From positions 23,932,001 to 23,996,000 of the forward strand of contig CM052824.1 of the NCBI GenBank assembly GCA_028534125.1: a DNA stretch of 64,000 nt, given 5' to 3'. This DNA comes from Lama glama. Taxonomy: Eukaryota. Made by a program: the position numbers and the translations under genes. Shown piece by piece: positions 35,381-48,400 of this stretch. The notes below the pieces were generated by a model that was given only the letters and a program-made list of their open reading frames with translations, did not search any database and was not told where the DNA came from. Each line of letters opens with the position of its first letter. The stretch's first letter is position 1.

Positions 35381-37582
35381 GGATCGGTTAGACCTAATTT
35401 TCAGGTCTCTCTGTATAACATGAAGATTCAATCAGGGTGCCTACTATGTGTAAGACACAATTGTAAGTGCAAGTGAATACCAAGTGAATGCAAGAAAAAT
35501 ATCCTGCCGTCAAGAAGTTTAGTGTAGATTAAACATAAGTAAACTTTCTAGCCCATTAGAAAGTATTCACACTATACATGGAGTAGGGATAAAGGGGTTC
35601 ATTCAGACATACCCAGGTGCAAAGATCTAAACTGTAAATTGGGTAGTCAGGGTTGAACTCATTGATGGAACGTTGACTCCCTAACAAGGAGGCGGTTTGG
35701 GAGTACGTAGGTAGCTCTCTGGAGGAGGCAGACATGAGTTGGGATTCTGCTGGCATGATTCCGATAGGCCAAAGCAGAGCAACAGCCAGAAGTTTCCAGA
35801 AGATGGGAAACAAGAGGAGTTACTCATTAGTTCCTGTTTCATAATGATTGAGATTTGATTCCACCAGGGCTACATTTCAATGCATTAGATAAAAGGTGAA
35901 TTTTCAGGAACTAGTCCCTTTCTGATCCAAGTTTTTCTAATCCTCTCCTTTACTAGACAAAATGTCCGTCATCCTTCCAATTGAAGAATCCAGCAAGCTT
36001 CAGTCTGATGCCTGGAAGAAAAAGCTATGGATGTTTCCACTGGCTTTTTAGTCCTCAAAGTGTAATTCAGACACTGAACTCTGAGGCAGGTTATCAAAGA
36101 AATGATTTTCTACTTCAACTTTTTATTAAAGAAGCACACATGAAAGTATGCAAATATATGGTTTCTTAAATGAGCAAGTGCTTCATTTCTCTGACACTTT
36201 GGAGCCTTCTGATTTGTTAGGACAGAGTCTGGCTGCTGCCTCCTTGAATATATTCACTACCTTTCCTGTTAGCTCACTCAGGCTCTGAGTTTTGTTTAAA
36301 CTGTATAGGGAAGTTGTCATAATGGCCAAAGAGCTCAGAACTCCAATTACAGGTGGCTTTTATATCTCTGGATAGATGTTCTTACACACTAGATAGAAGA
36401 ATGTACTAAAGAAGCCACCTCCCTGATGTGACTGGGTGAACAGCGTGGGATGTGTACTACATCAGAGGTTAATGGTTTATTGGTGGCTCTAAGTAGAAGA
36501 ACAGATCAGCTCATCTAGAGGATTAGTACACTTTGAGTAGATAACTTTTTTATTCTTGAGTGAACATATTCCTTAGGAAAGACAGAACCTTTTAAATCTG
36601 TAATACCACATACCTTTAAAATTTAGTCCTTGAATATATTGTTCTGTATGGTGTAAGGTTAGGTTCAATTTTCCTCTTGCATGTGATCAGTTATGCTAAT
36701 CCCATTTTGAAATACCTGTCTAACTGAAACAGAGTAACAGTGGGCAGCTAGAATTCACACCTCATATCTCAGTGCTTCAGCTGAGTCTGAAATTAGCAGG
36801 AAGAGCCTCAGTTTCCCAGGACTGAGTCTGGAACTACCTCATCTCCTGCCTGGGGTGGTGTGATGGGGACTATACCCAGTCTTGGCCTCATCCTGGACAA
36901 ACCATGGCCAAAGATGTTAGAGGTGATGAGCAGCATCTGGGCTTCCCTTTTGAGCATGAGGCTGCATGTCCCAGGTGACAGGGAGACATAATCTGAGGAA
37001 GGATTTGAATTATTCCCATACAACTGCAGAGAGATTCTCATCAAGCTTCCATTTATTCCTGAGGTACTATAGAAATCCATCCAAAAAGTACTGAGATTCC
37101 TTTTGGTCATGAAACATTAGCACATCGGCCCTGAACTTTATCTGTAATGGGGACCAGAAACGGCAAGTTATTTTTTAGCTAATGTGGCAAGTCCAGATCT
37201 TTCATATAAAATCAAAGCATTGTATATATAAATGATTCCAGAAACACAGATGTGTGGACCTACTACTGAACAGGCACCAAAGCTGACCTGTGTCAGAGCT
37301 GACCTGTGAGTCAGGATTGTTGGTGGATGCAACGATACATATTTAATCACATCCAAGTGGGGCAGGAGGTCCATTATGAGATCTCAGAACCACTTCTTGC
37401 GGCCTCGAGTAGAGAGAAAGATGAGTCCCAAAATGTGCCTTGGGATTCTACACTAGTACCTGGCAAAAATCTGGAAGAGGAACCTGGCTCCTCTTTAGAG
37501 TCACCTTTCCTAGCTTGATCACTACTGCCAGCCTAGAAAATTGTGTCTGGGACTACAAACACTGGCACCAAAAGGATAAGCT

Positions 37583-37644
37583 CCTGTTAACTAACTCTAC
37601 CACCTCTGACCTACCTGTTTACTAACTCTACCACCTCTGGTCTA
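37583..37644 (+). repeat. 31-bp tandem duplication
   Basis: CCTGTTAACTAACTCTACCACCTCTGACCTA followed by CCTGTTTACTAACTCTACCACCTCTGGTCTA; single copy in paralogue C (~47587). Confidence 0.9.
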
Positions 37645-37649
37645 CCAAT

Positions 37650-37995
37650 ATGTCAATGTGTTTGGAGAAGTGGGTGCCAAGCATGTAGAAAATGTCCCTT
37701 AAAGGATAAGGGCGGGAGAAGGGAAGTATTGGAGAGCCATCAGAATGGGATGCAGGTCTGAGACCTGTGAAAGGAGTGAGGAAGGGAGGAGGACTAAGAA
37801 GAGCCTCTGTGTGCCAGCTCTGAAAAAGTTTTAGCCGGGGCAGTGGGCAGCCCTAATTGTAGATTCCTACATTGGACAGAACAAAAAATTAGGCTGGAAC
37901 AACGTGGGGAGAACATGGTGTTGGCATGTCCCTGGTAGTAGATCCTGAAGGTCTGACAGGTGGAGACTGTCGCCCACCTACACACCTTGAAGGAT
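37650..37995 (-). mobile_element. ERVL-class LTR (LTR16-like), paralogue of 47620-47960
   Basis: GAGAGCCATCAGAATGGGATGCAGGTCTGAGACCTGTGAAAGGAG...AAGAGCCTC layout. Confidence 0.65.
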
Positions 37996-39629
37996 GCCAC
38001 AGTCGATATTGAGATAAATATATAATCATGCTTGACTTTACCAGAGAAAAAGATAAATGAGCTTTATCTCATGGCCATGTTAGACACCAACCAGAAGAGC
38101 ACCCTGAGAGATCCCAAAGGTTTTCTCTGCATCAGGAAAGAGTGCTAGGTTGAAAAACAATGTGTGCTTCCAAGGAAGAATGTGGCATCAGTGCTGTGCA
38201 AAATATTAGGGTATTTTGCCTGACTTCTGATTATTCCAAAAGACAAAGGGGCACAGGAGTGGAAGAGTTAGAACCTTGTTCAACCAAGGCATGTATTAAC
38301 TTCACATGTTTATGAACATTCACTTCCTGCTCGATATCTAGGGCACAAAAAGAAATACAGCTGAATAACATACCATTCTTGCTTTTAGAACTTACAAATT
38401 TTTGTGAAGACTATGTAGATGGTCAGTTGCAAGTAAAGCACTGGGTCTGAGCTTGAGTGCATAGATAAATTTTTTAAAAGAAATCTGTTTCTGCTTCCTA
38501 CGCTGAGCAAGCAGATTTTTCCACTGCCAAGAGCTTCCTGCACAGCTTGGAAACCTCCTTGTCCCCTTACGAAGTGACTCTGCCAGGCAGCACTGGGAAG
38601 GACTGAACTTTTCCAGAGGAAGAGTTCCACTGAGGCTTTGAAGTAAGCACCAATCCCTGGTTGTGTCCCAGAAACGCTAAGCCCTGTGCAGGAAAGAAGC
38701 AGCAAAAAATGCTTCCTTCCCTCAGTCACAGCCAGAGAGCCAAGCAAGACTGGGCTACTGGGAGTATGAGTTCAGAACGTACTGCCTCATTTCAGTGTAT
38801 CTCCAGTTCAGTATTTTCCAAACTGTCCTACAGAATAAGCATCTGTCTGGTTTCTGCAGAAGGTTTGAGAATGGAAATTTCCTAGCCTCGAGTTTCCATT
38901 TAGGAATATTCCATAAGAACTAGAATTACTAGTTGTATGACTTGTAAAACTGTGCATACCATGTACTTTAAGATTTAAAAACGTTGACCATACTAAGCTA
39001 CAAAAGCTTAACTTCTATGTAGTAGAGATTATACATAAATATCATGCTATATATAGCTCTCTCTCTCTCTATACATATATATATATATAAACTTAATCCT
39101 ATAAAGTAAGAAAATATTTAAATACAAATAAATGCTTGGTCTAAAGGGACACCAATATCATCTTATTTGATGGTAACCGAGCCCCATGGCTTTGAAGCCT
39201 GAAACTCAAGTTCTGAGAAATAATACGTTAAGGGTGGCCTTAAGGAGCAGACAGACCTGGGTTGAGGCTGGGAATGGACCTGGACTCAAGTTCAGCAGTC
39301 CCCCATCTTGTCCTGTCACTGGTCAAGTTGTGACGTGCATGATAGGAGATACACGAGCTTGACTCAAATCTGGGCTGTTAGAGGGCTGCGGTTTTGGCAT
39401 TATGTGTACCAATCTGATAAGCCTTTAGGGCTACAGCTTCCCGTGGGGTGGTTCATTCAGGATAGGTTCAATATCTGAGCGCTGTTTTCAAGGCCAGATC
39501 TGGGTCACTGAAGGCAGAAATTTGCATGTTTCAGGAACAGACTGGCTGATACCTCTCCCTATAGCTAGAAAATCCGTGTGGAAGAAGATAATCTCCATAC
39601 TGTTAGACAGAATAGACAACCACAAGCCT

Positions 39630-40334
39630 GTTGAGAACTGCTGTGTCCAGCGCAGCTCGGGACTGTGTCTGAGGACGGGCGACCCAAGACTTAAGAAACA
39701 AAGAGACAAAGAGCGAAGATGGGACCAGGGACTCAAGATCTCGTGGATCCAGAGTGCCGCAAACCCGGTCGACATCATATTAGGAGTATACAGCTCAGAA
39801 AACAATGCAATCAGAGAGGTGGGGCTTTAGATAGTCCTTGCAGTAAGCACTAAGCTCTGCTTGCTGGTTAACTGATTTCAGGCCTATCCCTTCCAGGAAC
39901 AATCCCCTCCTCGGAGTATGCAAAATTTCTTAGTCTATCCTGTTAATTGCCTCTGGGACATCTCAAGATAGCAAATATTTCCCCTGGGTTAAACTGCATG
40001 CTTTCATGCCAGAACAAAATTCTCTTAATGGATGATCTGGCTTTCCGGGACCAGCCATTGTTTTACCCTAAGGAAATATCTGCCCTCCTTGTGCCCTTAT
40101 GGTCAATCTCAGGATTGACCCTCACAAATTTTCTTTAGCATATTACATGCTATAGGTCATCTACTGTGTAACAAAAAAGCAAATTGAAACAAAGCAAGCA
40201 TGTGCATTTTAAGCAAGTAAGTGTGAATACAATATTTTAAGCTCATGGAAATTTAGGTGCGGCTTGTTTTCCAGCAGCTTGTTTCCCAGCAGAGAACGTT
40301 AAACATAATCTTGTCTTCTAGGAATGGGATTACA
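39630..40334 (-). mobile_element. Probable younger ERV LTR
   Basis: Minus strand begins TGTAATCCCATTCC; CpG-rich U5-like end at 39640-39780; absent from paralogous copy A. No TSD found and boundaries uncertain. Confidence 0.45.
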
Positions 40335-40664
40335 GACATAAGTTGATTGCCTTATTTCGGGTTCTATGTCCAGAGCAGGGCCAGTGAAAAGAACTTAGAG
40401 GCTGATAATATAAAGCAAGGAAAGAAGTAGTGTGAAGGGAAAGAATTCCAATATAGAGGTACATGTTGAGATCCTGATGTGGTGCACTGTACCTTCACTC
40501 TCCCCTTGTCTGAGTTTGAGTCTATACCCTGAGACTTCCTAGAGCTGGAAAATGGTGTCTGGAAAACAAGATCACCAACAGTGTCTTCTCGTTTCACGTC
40601 TATTTGGCTTTCTTCTCGTCAACCACTTTCAAATCAATCTCTCTAATGTGAGACTTGATATTTT

Positions 40665-40884
40665 GTTTATTTAAGATTTCTTAAAAATAACTTCCTTGAG
40701 GTTCTTCTTTGAAATATAATTCACATATGAAGACATTTATCCTTTTAGAGTACACAATTCAGTGGGTTTTAGTATATTCACAAAGTTGTGGGACAAACAC
40801 TATTAATTCCAGAACATTTTCATCACTCCCTCAAAGGAACCATCAACAGTAATTTCTTGCTGAATACAACCTCTGGCAACCATA
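40665..40884 (-). mobile_element. L1MB-like 3' end with perfect 14-bp TSD
   Basis: AGACTTGATATTTT at 40651-40664 and 40885-40898; GAAATATAATTCACATA...TACACAATTCAGTGGGTTTTAGTATATTCACAAAGTTGTG...TTCCAGAACATTTTCATCAC. Confidence 0.9.
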
Positions 40885-41679
40885 AGACTTGATATTTTCT
40901 TTGAAAGATGCCCACTAGTTCCAAGATGAATTCGAATTTAGGGCTCTTGGCTGCTTTTGTCTATACAAAAATGCCTACAAAAATTCACCAAACCTAAAAC
41001 CGTAGATAGTATTTTGAGGGCTTAGAAGTTAGTAAACTGTGGTCTTATTCTTGGAATGTAAGACAATGTACCCTCATCTTAAAATCACTTTGCATCCTTT
41101 TTGAAAGGAGAAGGGCTGACAAGACTGTGGATTTATCATCTGAGATATAAAATACTTGGGAGATTCCGTGCCTGCCACTGACTTTGGGTTAGTAGCAGGT
41201 AATCTGAGTCAGAACAGAGGCAAATATGCCCTTGTCACAATACTCGATTCAAGTGTTTAAGAGAATATTGGAGTGAGAACTCTTAGACATTACCTGTGTG
41301 CTAGCCGACAACTGAGCCAACGTGCATCTGTGCTCCAGGAAGGAACCATAAAACTGGACAACTAAGTACATTCTTGATTTACATTAAAATATGCAGGCTG
41401 CTGTGTCTGGGGGCCTGCAGTGTAGCATTCTACCTCACATCATAGCACATCGAGATTTTAGATGTTTATCTGCACCTACCTACAGAGGGACCAAATTGGC
41501 TTGAAAGACTGATAGGAAGGAATCTATGACTATAACTTAAGAGAAAAATATCTGGTATTTGCTTAAAGTAAATGTCTATGTAAGAACTAGACATGGTAAA
41601 ACATGTCTTTACAACAAACTGAATATATTACTGTAGGAAAGCAGAAGATACAAACCAATGTGAATAAGAAATGTTAAAT

Positions 41680-42345
41680 TGGATTCTGCAAAATGTAGAT
41701 GCCAAGATACAATTAAATATGCAAAGATTACATTGAATAAAACTTGTATAAATGGAAAAATGGAAAAAGCTTGGGACGACTAGAAGTGCCCTCCGTCTGT
41801 GATGTGTGACCCCAGTGAAGAAAAGGAGAGTTTAGGTGGAAGCATCCAAGACCACCCCATAGTGTAAATAATGTTAGACAAAGCTGTTGGAGTTCTGGAA
41901 CTGCCAAAAGGGTCCCCTGTCTCCCAGGAGAGGGTCTGCCCTAATACCTCAGTCATGCTGTCTTTGGGCAGTGGTCCTCCTTAACAGGCACACCCTTGAT
42001 GCAGATGTAGACATTGACTTCATAGACCAGCAGCTGAGTAACATAATGGAAAAGAGTATGAACACAAATATGTGTGTGTAAGTGTGACTGAAGCATTATG
42101 CTGCACACCAGAAATTGACACAACATTGTAAACTAACTAAACTACAATTAAAAGAGGAAAAGAATATGAAAATATATGTATACGTATGACTGGGATATCA
42201 TGCTGTACACCAGAGACTGACACATTGTAACTGACTATATTTCAATTTTTAAAAAAGAGAAAAAGGGGAAAAAATGAGCAGCAGCTTGACCTTTGGTCAG
42301 TCCCTCTATGAAGGTCTGTGGGTTGCATGATCATGGCTCCCACAA
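41680..42345 (-). mobile_element. ERVL-class LTR (LTR16-like) interrupted by L1 tails
   Basis: GTAGATGCCAAGATACAATTAAATATGCAAAG...GACCCCAGTGAAG; resumes after 42275 and ends ATGGCTCCCACA. Confidence 0.65.
42043..42275 (+). mobile_element. Two tandem L1 extreme 3' ends
   Basis: GGAAAAGA.TATGAA...ATGCTG.ACACCAGA.A.TGACAC(AAC)ATTGTAA occurs twice (~42043-42152 and ~42155-42275). Confidence 0.85.
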
Positions 42346-42619
42346 TTCTACTTATTGAACAATGAAAGGAAATACACACAAAATAAACATCACATATCTA
42401 CCAAGTTTTGATTATCAAAGCCTTGAACCTTGGAGGTGGGGAGTTAATTCATTCCCGCAGACTCTAGATACAAGTTACCAACTTTCCTCCTTAAACAACT
42501 TAACCTATGGCTGGGTATCAGGTTCTCAAGTAACACAATTGGACAGCTTGAACTTTTCTGCCCTTAAGTGGGCAGAACTATTTTCTGTATGATTCTGAAT
42601 CCTATCACTGAATGGAAAC

Positions 42620-43930
42620 ATATCTAGAAAAAAATCAGTGGCCCCTGAATTGGTCTTTGGGGCTGTTTGACTGAGAGTGATAGCCTTGAGCATGCAGGCA
42701 TGGCCCCTAGTCAGATTTCTCCTACTGTGTCTGTGAGGCTTAGATGTAGTATGACGGAAGCCCTTAACAATGTGCTTAAAGTGGACACTGACCAGTGTTC
42801 CCAGGTCACCTACTCTGGGCTTGACCAAAGAACAAGGTAGCAAGACAAATTTCCAAATGACTTCTTAACTTTGAGAAACGGGTATCAAGGTTAACATCAT
42901 AATAGCAGAGAGATTGTGTCAGTTCAGGTCCTCCAAGAAACATGTACCAAAGATGGAAGTTTAGGGGGAAAATATAAAGATAATGGTGGGAAAAGAACAG
43001 GAGTGGGTGGGGAGAGATTTTTGGAGTACAGTGCAGGTCTGACACTGAAACAGAAAAGGAAGGGGTTGGATAAAAGGGAACTGAGACTGCAGTGCAGCCC
43101 TGAAAAAAGTCTTGGCCAGCCAAAGGGAAGCCCTAGCACAAAGACTGCTATAAAGGAGGCCATGCTCCTGTTAGCAGTGCCATGCCCTGCCATTGGCTGG
43201 AACATCCCCTCAAAGAGTGTGACCTCATTGGATACTGCAGCAGATTTGAAGGAGTGGCAGCTGGAGGATGTCCCCACCAACTATTCTCTCTGCAGATGAA
43301 ATTCCTGAAGGATAATCTGAGAAGCAAATAGATCTGTGAGGTATATGTTTGAAAAGCAATTTCTCATTGGTTCTCTTGGATTCAGGAAATTAGGAGAAGC
43401 CAAAATCCTTGGGAACCTATCCGGATATTCTCTATGCAATGGTTCATGGCACCACGTTTTTCCAGACCAAGCCTCGAGCTTAGCCTAAGAAACCTGCTTT
43501 AGTTGAGCATGTAATACATATCAAACTTGGTTTCTGAGATTGCTCCTCAGCCCTCAGCTGTTTCCATGAAGGAGTTAAGGGTCTCTTGGTACTACCAGAG
43601 ATGTCCCTGTCTCTTACACTAATCCTTTACCTATTTGTTAACTACACTCATTTACCCTGTAACCCTCTGCAGAACATGGCCTCCACTTTGGAACAACTAG
43701 ATATCTTTACTGTCCTTCTGGGCATTGTTGTTACCCTGTATCTTTCAATGCTAGAATCATTGCATTGGCCAATAGCATCCTCTTCTAGAGGAGGAATATT
43801 TTCTCAGATGGCCTGCAGGAAAATCTTAAGCACATGGGTATCTACTGTGTGCCTGGGACTTCTAAATGACCTCTGTTCCATTTGAGATCTTCAAATTTCC
43901 AACTTCAAATTTCTTGGACCATTCAATTAA
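42620..43930. repeat. Local duplication including an LTR16-like LTR (42915-43330, minus strand), paralogue of 49430-50755
   Basis: Shared TGTCTGTGAGGCTTAG, TGTCAGTTCAG.TCCTCCAAGAA, CAGTGCAGGTCTGACA, GTTTTTCCAGAC, ACCTGCTTTAGTTGAGCATG, CCTCTGCAGAACA. Confidence 0.9.
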
Positions 43931-44029
43931 TTATTAATTAATGATCTTTAAAATCCAGAAAGACTCTATTCAGAAAACACTGTAAATTTTATATCTAAAG
44001 TGAATGGAACTACAGGGTAATCAAGTAAG

Positions 44030-45400
44030 CCCAAAGGGACAAGAAGAATCATGATACTAGAATCAAGACATGTCATAATGTCACCTAACTAACCATGGAT
44101 TACCTCCATAACTAGCCATGGATGTCTGATTTCCTTACTTAGGAGTTTGAAGTCTATTCTAAGGGAATAGGATTAACAATGCACACTTGCCTTCCTGAAG
44201 TATTCCTGCAGAGGTAAAACCACGCAGTATGGTAGTTGAGTTGACTATTATTAAATGAGATCATTTGGACTTGGTGGCTGACAGCTGAGCTCCTGATACC
44301 AGCTTACACATCATGAACCAAGACTGCCTCTTGGTCTTGCTATCATAAACCCTGCAGGAGGAAATTTACAGATGTTGACTTTTTCCAGAATCTCAGTAAA
44401 TGCTTTCAGTTAAGGTTCTAGGTTGTGAGATAAATGAAAAAGGGATTTAAAAATAAAGAACTAGGGATCTTGGAATACAGGGATAGAAAACCCACCAAAT
44501 GACTCCACAAAAAGTCCCAGGGGACACTGCTCACCAAAGTAATAAAGAATGTCCTAAGAGATCACTTATTAAGCAATTGAGTTGTGGCTGTTCCCTGTAG
44601 GCCAGGTCTGACCAGAAGAATTCCATAAATCCAGACTTTCCAAAACTATGGTGATGATATATCCAGAAATATTAGGAAATTTGTGGCACCACAACAAGAC
44701 AGTTTGGGACAATTATCATGAGAGGCAAGTTAAATAGAGCTGAGAGGCAAGATAACCAGGGCTGGCCTATGCAGCGTTAATAAACAAGGCATCCCTAAGG
44801 ACAGGCAGCAATAGCACAGCTCAGTCTGTGCAACTAGAAGAAATCAAGCCTGGATGATGCTGAGAGTAGCTGTGATACTAGAATCATGATCTCTTGCCAG
44901 GTTCTGAACCTGAGTCTCTTTTCAGACCTGGAAACCAAGGACTGAAAGAGAGGCTAGGTCTTCCAAAAGAATGACCCTCTAACACCATGTCAAATGTGCA
45001 TGATAATAATTCCCCACTTCTCCCAAGAGGACCTAAACTTATTACTTGGGTTACCAACACTAGATGTTTCTTTCCTTAAATATTTTATAACTATTAGGAA
45101 GTTTCTAAGACAACATTAATCTCTAGAGATCCACAGAATAATCATGGCCCTCCTGATAGAGATTGCACGTTGGGCCAGATAATGAGTCCTGTCCCAGACT
45201 TAGTGTCCACACCCACCAGTGATCATTTTCTGGTACTTGACTGCATAATTGGAGAAAAAGTGCTTGACAGTTGGCAGAATCCTAATAATATCATCCAAGC
45301 CCATAGGGTAAGAGCTACCATCATGGAGAACACCAAATGGAAGAATCTAAAACTTGCCATCTAACAGCCAAGATAGAAACTCAAACACTGTATTTGGATG
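44030..45400 (+). mobile_element. gag: ERVL internal remnant (gag-protease)
   Basis: Paralogue of 34085-35380; ORF 45170 CIIGEKVLDSWQNP...RVRATIMENTKWKNLKL resembles ERVL CIIGIDILSSWQNPHIGSL..GVRAIMVGKAKWKPLEL. Confidence 0.85.
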
Positions 45401-48400
45401 GTACTGGAAAAGAGTTTGACGTAAGTTTGAGGTCCTGTTGTTTAAGATGAGGGTTCAATCAATTAGTGGGTCCCTACTATGTATCACACACCATTGAGTC
45501 CTAATGACACTCAGTGAATGTAAGAAGTGTCTGTGCCATAAAGAAGGGTAATTTAATGTGGACTGAGCATAAGTTAATTCTCTAGTCTCTTAGGAAGTGT
45601 TCACACCATAAATGGAGCAGGATAGAAGGCAAATCAGGCATGGCTGGGTACAACAATCTATCATTTAAATGGTTGGTCAGGGTTGAATTCACTGAAGAAA
45701 TTCTGAACCAAAACTAAAAGGAGATTAGGGAGTAAATGCATAAGTACCTGGAGGAGACAGACATAAGCTGGATCCTGCTGGCATGTTCCAGAATGGCAAA
45801 AAGAGCAATTCTTAAGAGTCGCAGGAGATGGCAGACAGAGGAATTCTCTCACAGTTCCTGACCAGTTGATTGAGATTTGTCCCCATACTGTTCAATCTTC
45901 AACACAGTATATAAGAGTTTTCAAGAGCTTGGAATTCGTCATTTTCTGATCCAAGCTATCTAATTATCTGCTTTACTAGACAAAGTGAAGGTGTGTCTGT
46001 CATCCTTCCACCTGAGGACTCAAGCACTCTTAAGGCTGGTGCCCTGAGGGAATAAACTACTAGTTGGTTCCATTGGCTATTTACTCCTCAACTAAACAGA
46101 CTTTAAGATTCTCGTTCTAAGGCTCCCTCTCAAACGCTTTTCTACTTTTTCAACTTACTGAATTATAATTAGCACACAGGTACGGATTCAAACATACAGT
46201 TCTTTGAATTATCAAGTGCTGCTTTTCTTTGAGGTGGTTCTTTGGAAGCTTCTGACCTGTTGAGACATGGCCTGGCCACCTCCCTGACTTATTCATTACC
46301 TTCCTCATGAGCTCACCCAGGCTCTGAGTTCGGCTTTTACTGGCTAGAGTAGCTTGTCATGATGGCCAAAGCCTAGAAACCAAGTTACAGGCTTCTTTTC
46401 TATCTCCAAATAGAAGATATGCCTAAACTCTATGCATAAGTACAAGAGGAGCCTGTTCTGTTTTGACTTGGTGAGATGCGAACCCACCTCAATGATTAAC
46501 AGTTGGTAAGGATGTTCTAAGCAGGAGAATAGATGAGCTCATCCTGGGGTTTATCACATTTTGAAAGTTTGTGCTTCTAAACCATCCTCTCCTCCACCTC
46601 GTAAGTTAAAGTCTTTCCTAAGGGATGACGGAAGCTTCCAAAACTCAAGTTTCCACATTTCTATTTACTCTTAAAATTTAACCCTTGAATTTAGTGATCT
46701 GTATGCTGTAAGGGTGGGTTCAACTGTCATCTTCCACATGAACAGCAAGGAACGCACAACAAATTTTGAAATCTTTCTAACTGAATCAGAAGAGTAGTGG
46801 CCAGGCTTGACACCTCACATCACAATGTTTCACTGTGTCTCAAAATAGTGGGAAAAACCAGAGTTTCTCTGGGACTTCTAGCATCAGACCTGAGTGTCAG
46901 AGTTGCTTTAGCTCCTGCCTGGGAGGGTGTGATGTGGACCATGCCAAAGCCAGGCCTTTCCTGGAGAGGCCGCAAACACTGAGATGTGATGGGCAGTAAC
47001 TGGGCTCTCATTTACAGTGTGAGGTTGCATGTTGCAGGAGGCAAGGTAATCTGGGGAGGTGCATAAATTATTCTTGAGGTGCTCTTGAGGTGTTCTTGAA
47101 ATCACCACTATACCAAGTTTCCTTTTCATCATAAAACTTGGAATTAATGTATCAGCCCTGAATTTTCTCTAATGTAGACCAGTAATGATGAGCTATTTTT
47201 TAGCTAATGTGCAGTTCAGGTTTAGTACATCGGAGCACTTTATACAAATGTTTGCAGTACCAGATGTACGGAGCAACTGAACACACACCAATGTTACCTG
47301 CTTTGGAGGGGACCAAAGGCCAACTGTCGGTGGATGAGTATATCATGTATTCAGTCACACTCAGGTAGGGCAGAGGAGCCATTACATATGATCTCAGGAT
47401 CACTTTTTGCTGGGTCTAGTAGAAAGATGAGCCCCCAAAATGTGCTTTGCCCTCCTACACTAATACCTGGCAGGAACCTGGAGGAGGAATCTGCCTCTTG
47501 GAAGTCAGCTTTTCTATCTTGCTCACTACTTCCAGCTTAGAAAATCTTGTCCTGGGATCACAATACTGGCACCAAAAGGATAAATTCCTGCCTATTTAAT
47601 TCTATCACCTCTTGTATATCAATGTGTGTGGCAGGGTCTTCTGAGAAGCAGGGACTAAAGTAGAATTAGACATGTAAGAAAAAGGCCTCTCTAAGTGGAG
47701 AAAAGAGGGAGCAAGAAAAGGTGGGCAAGCCTTCAGAAGGGGATGTCTGATACCTGTAGAAAGAAGACAGGATTGAGTAGCAAGGGCTTGACTATGTGCC
47801 AACTCTGAGCAAGTCTTTGCCAAGCCAACTGGGAGCCTGTAGAGCCTGTCTGCCAGCAGAGTCCTGCATCGGGCAGAACCAGGTCTTAGACTGGGAACAG
47901 CTTGGAGAGGAAGCAGCCTCGGCAGTAGAGCCTAGACATGTGGTAGCTGGAGACTGTTTTTGTCTGACACTTTAAATTAAAAAAAAAATTTTTAAAGTAT
48001 AGTCAGTTATGATGTGTCAGTTTCTGGTGTACAGCATAATGTCCCCGTCATGCATACATACACAAATATTCACTTCCATATTCTTTCATTAAAGGTTACT
48101 ACAAGATATTGAATATAGTTCCCTGTGCTATACAGAAGAAATTTGTTTATCTATTTTTATAGATAGTAGTTGACATTTGCAAATCTCAAACTCCCAAATT
48201 AATCCCTTCCCACCCCATCTTCCTGGTAACCATAAGCTTGTTTACTCTTTCTGCAAGTCTGTTTCTTTTGTAGATGAGTGATCAGTGTCCTCCATTTTTT
48301 TTTTTTTTTTAGCTTCCACATATGAGTGATCAATGGTATTTTTCTTTCTTTCTGGCTTACTTAGAATGACAATCTCCATTTCCATCCATGCTGCTGCAAA

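Larger units (their letters stand above)
35340..39178. repeat. Local segmental duplication copy B
   Basis: Closest paralogue of 21110-25260; retains ~37540-37925 that is deleted in copy A. Confidence 0.9.

Noticed and set aside
21110-39178. Copies A and B as an uncollapsed haplotype artefact across the gap
   Set aside because: They differ by many substitutions and large indels, far beyond allelic divergence.
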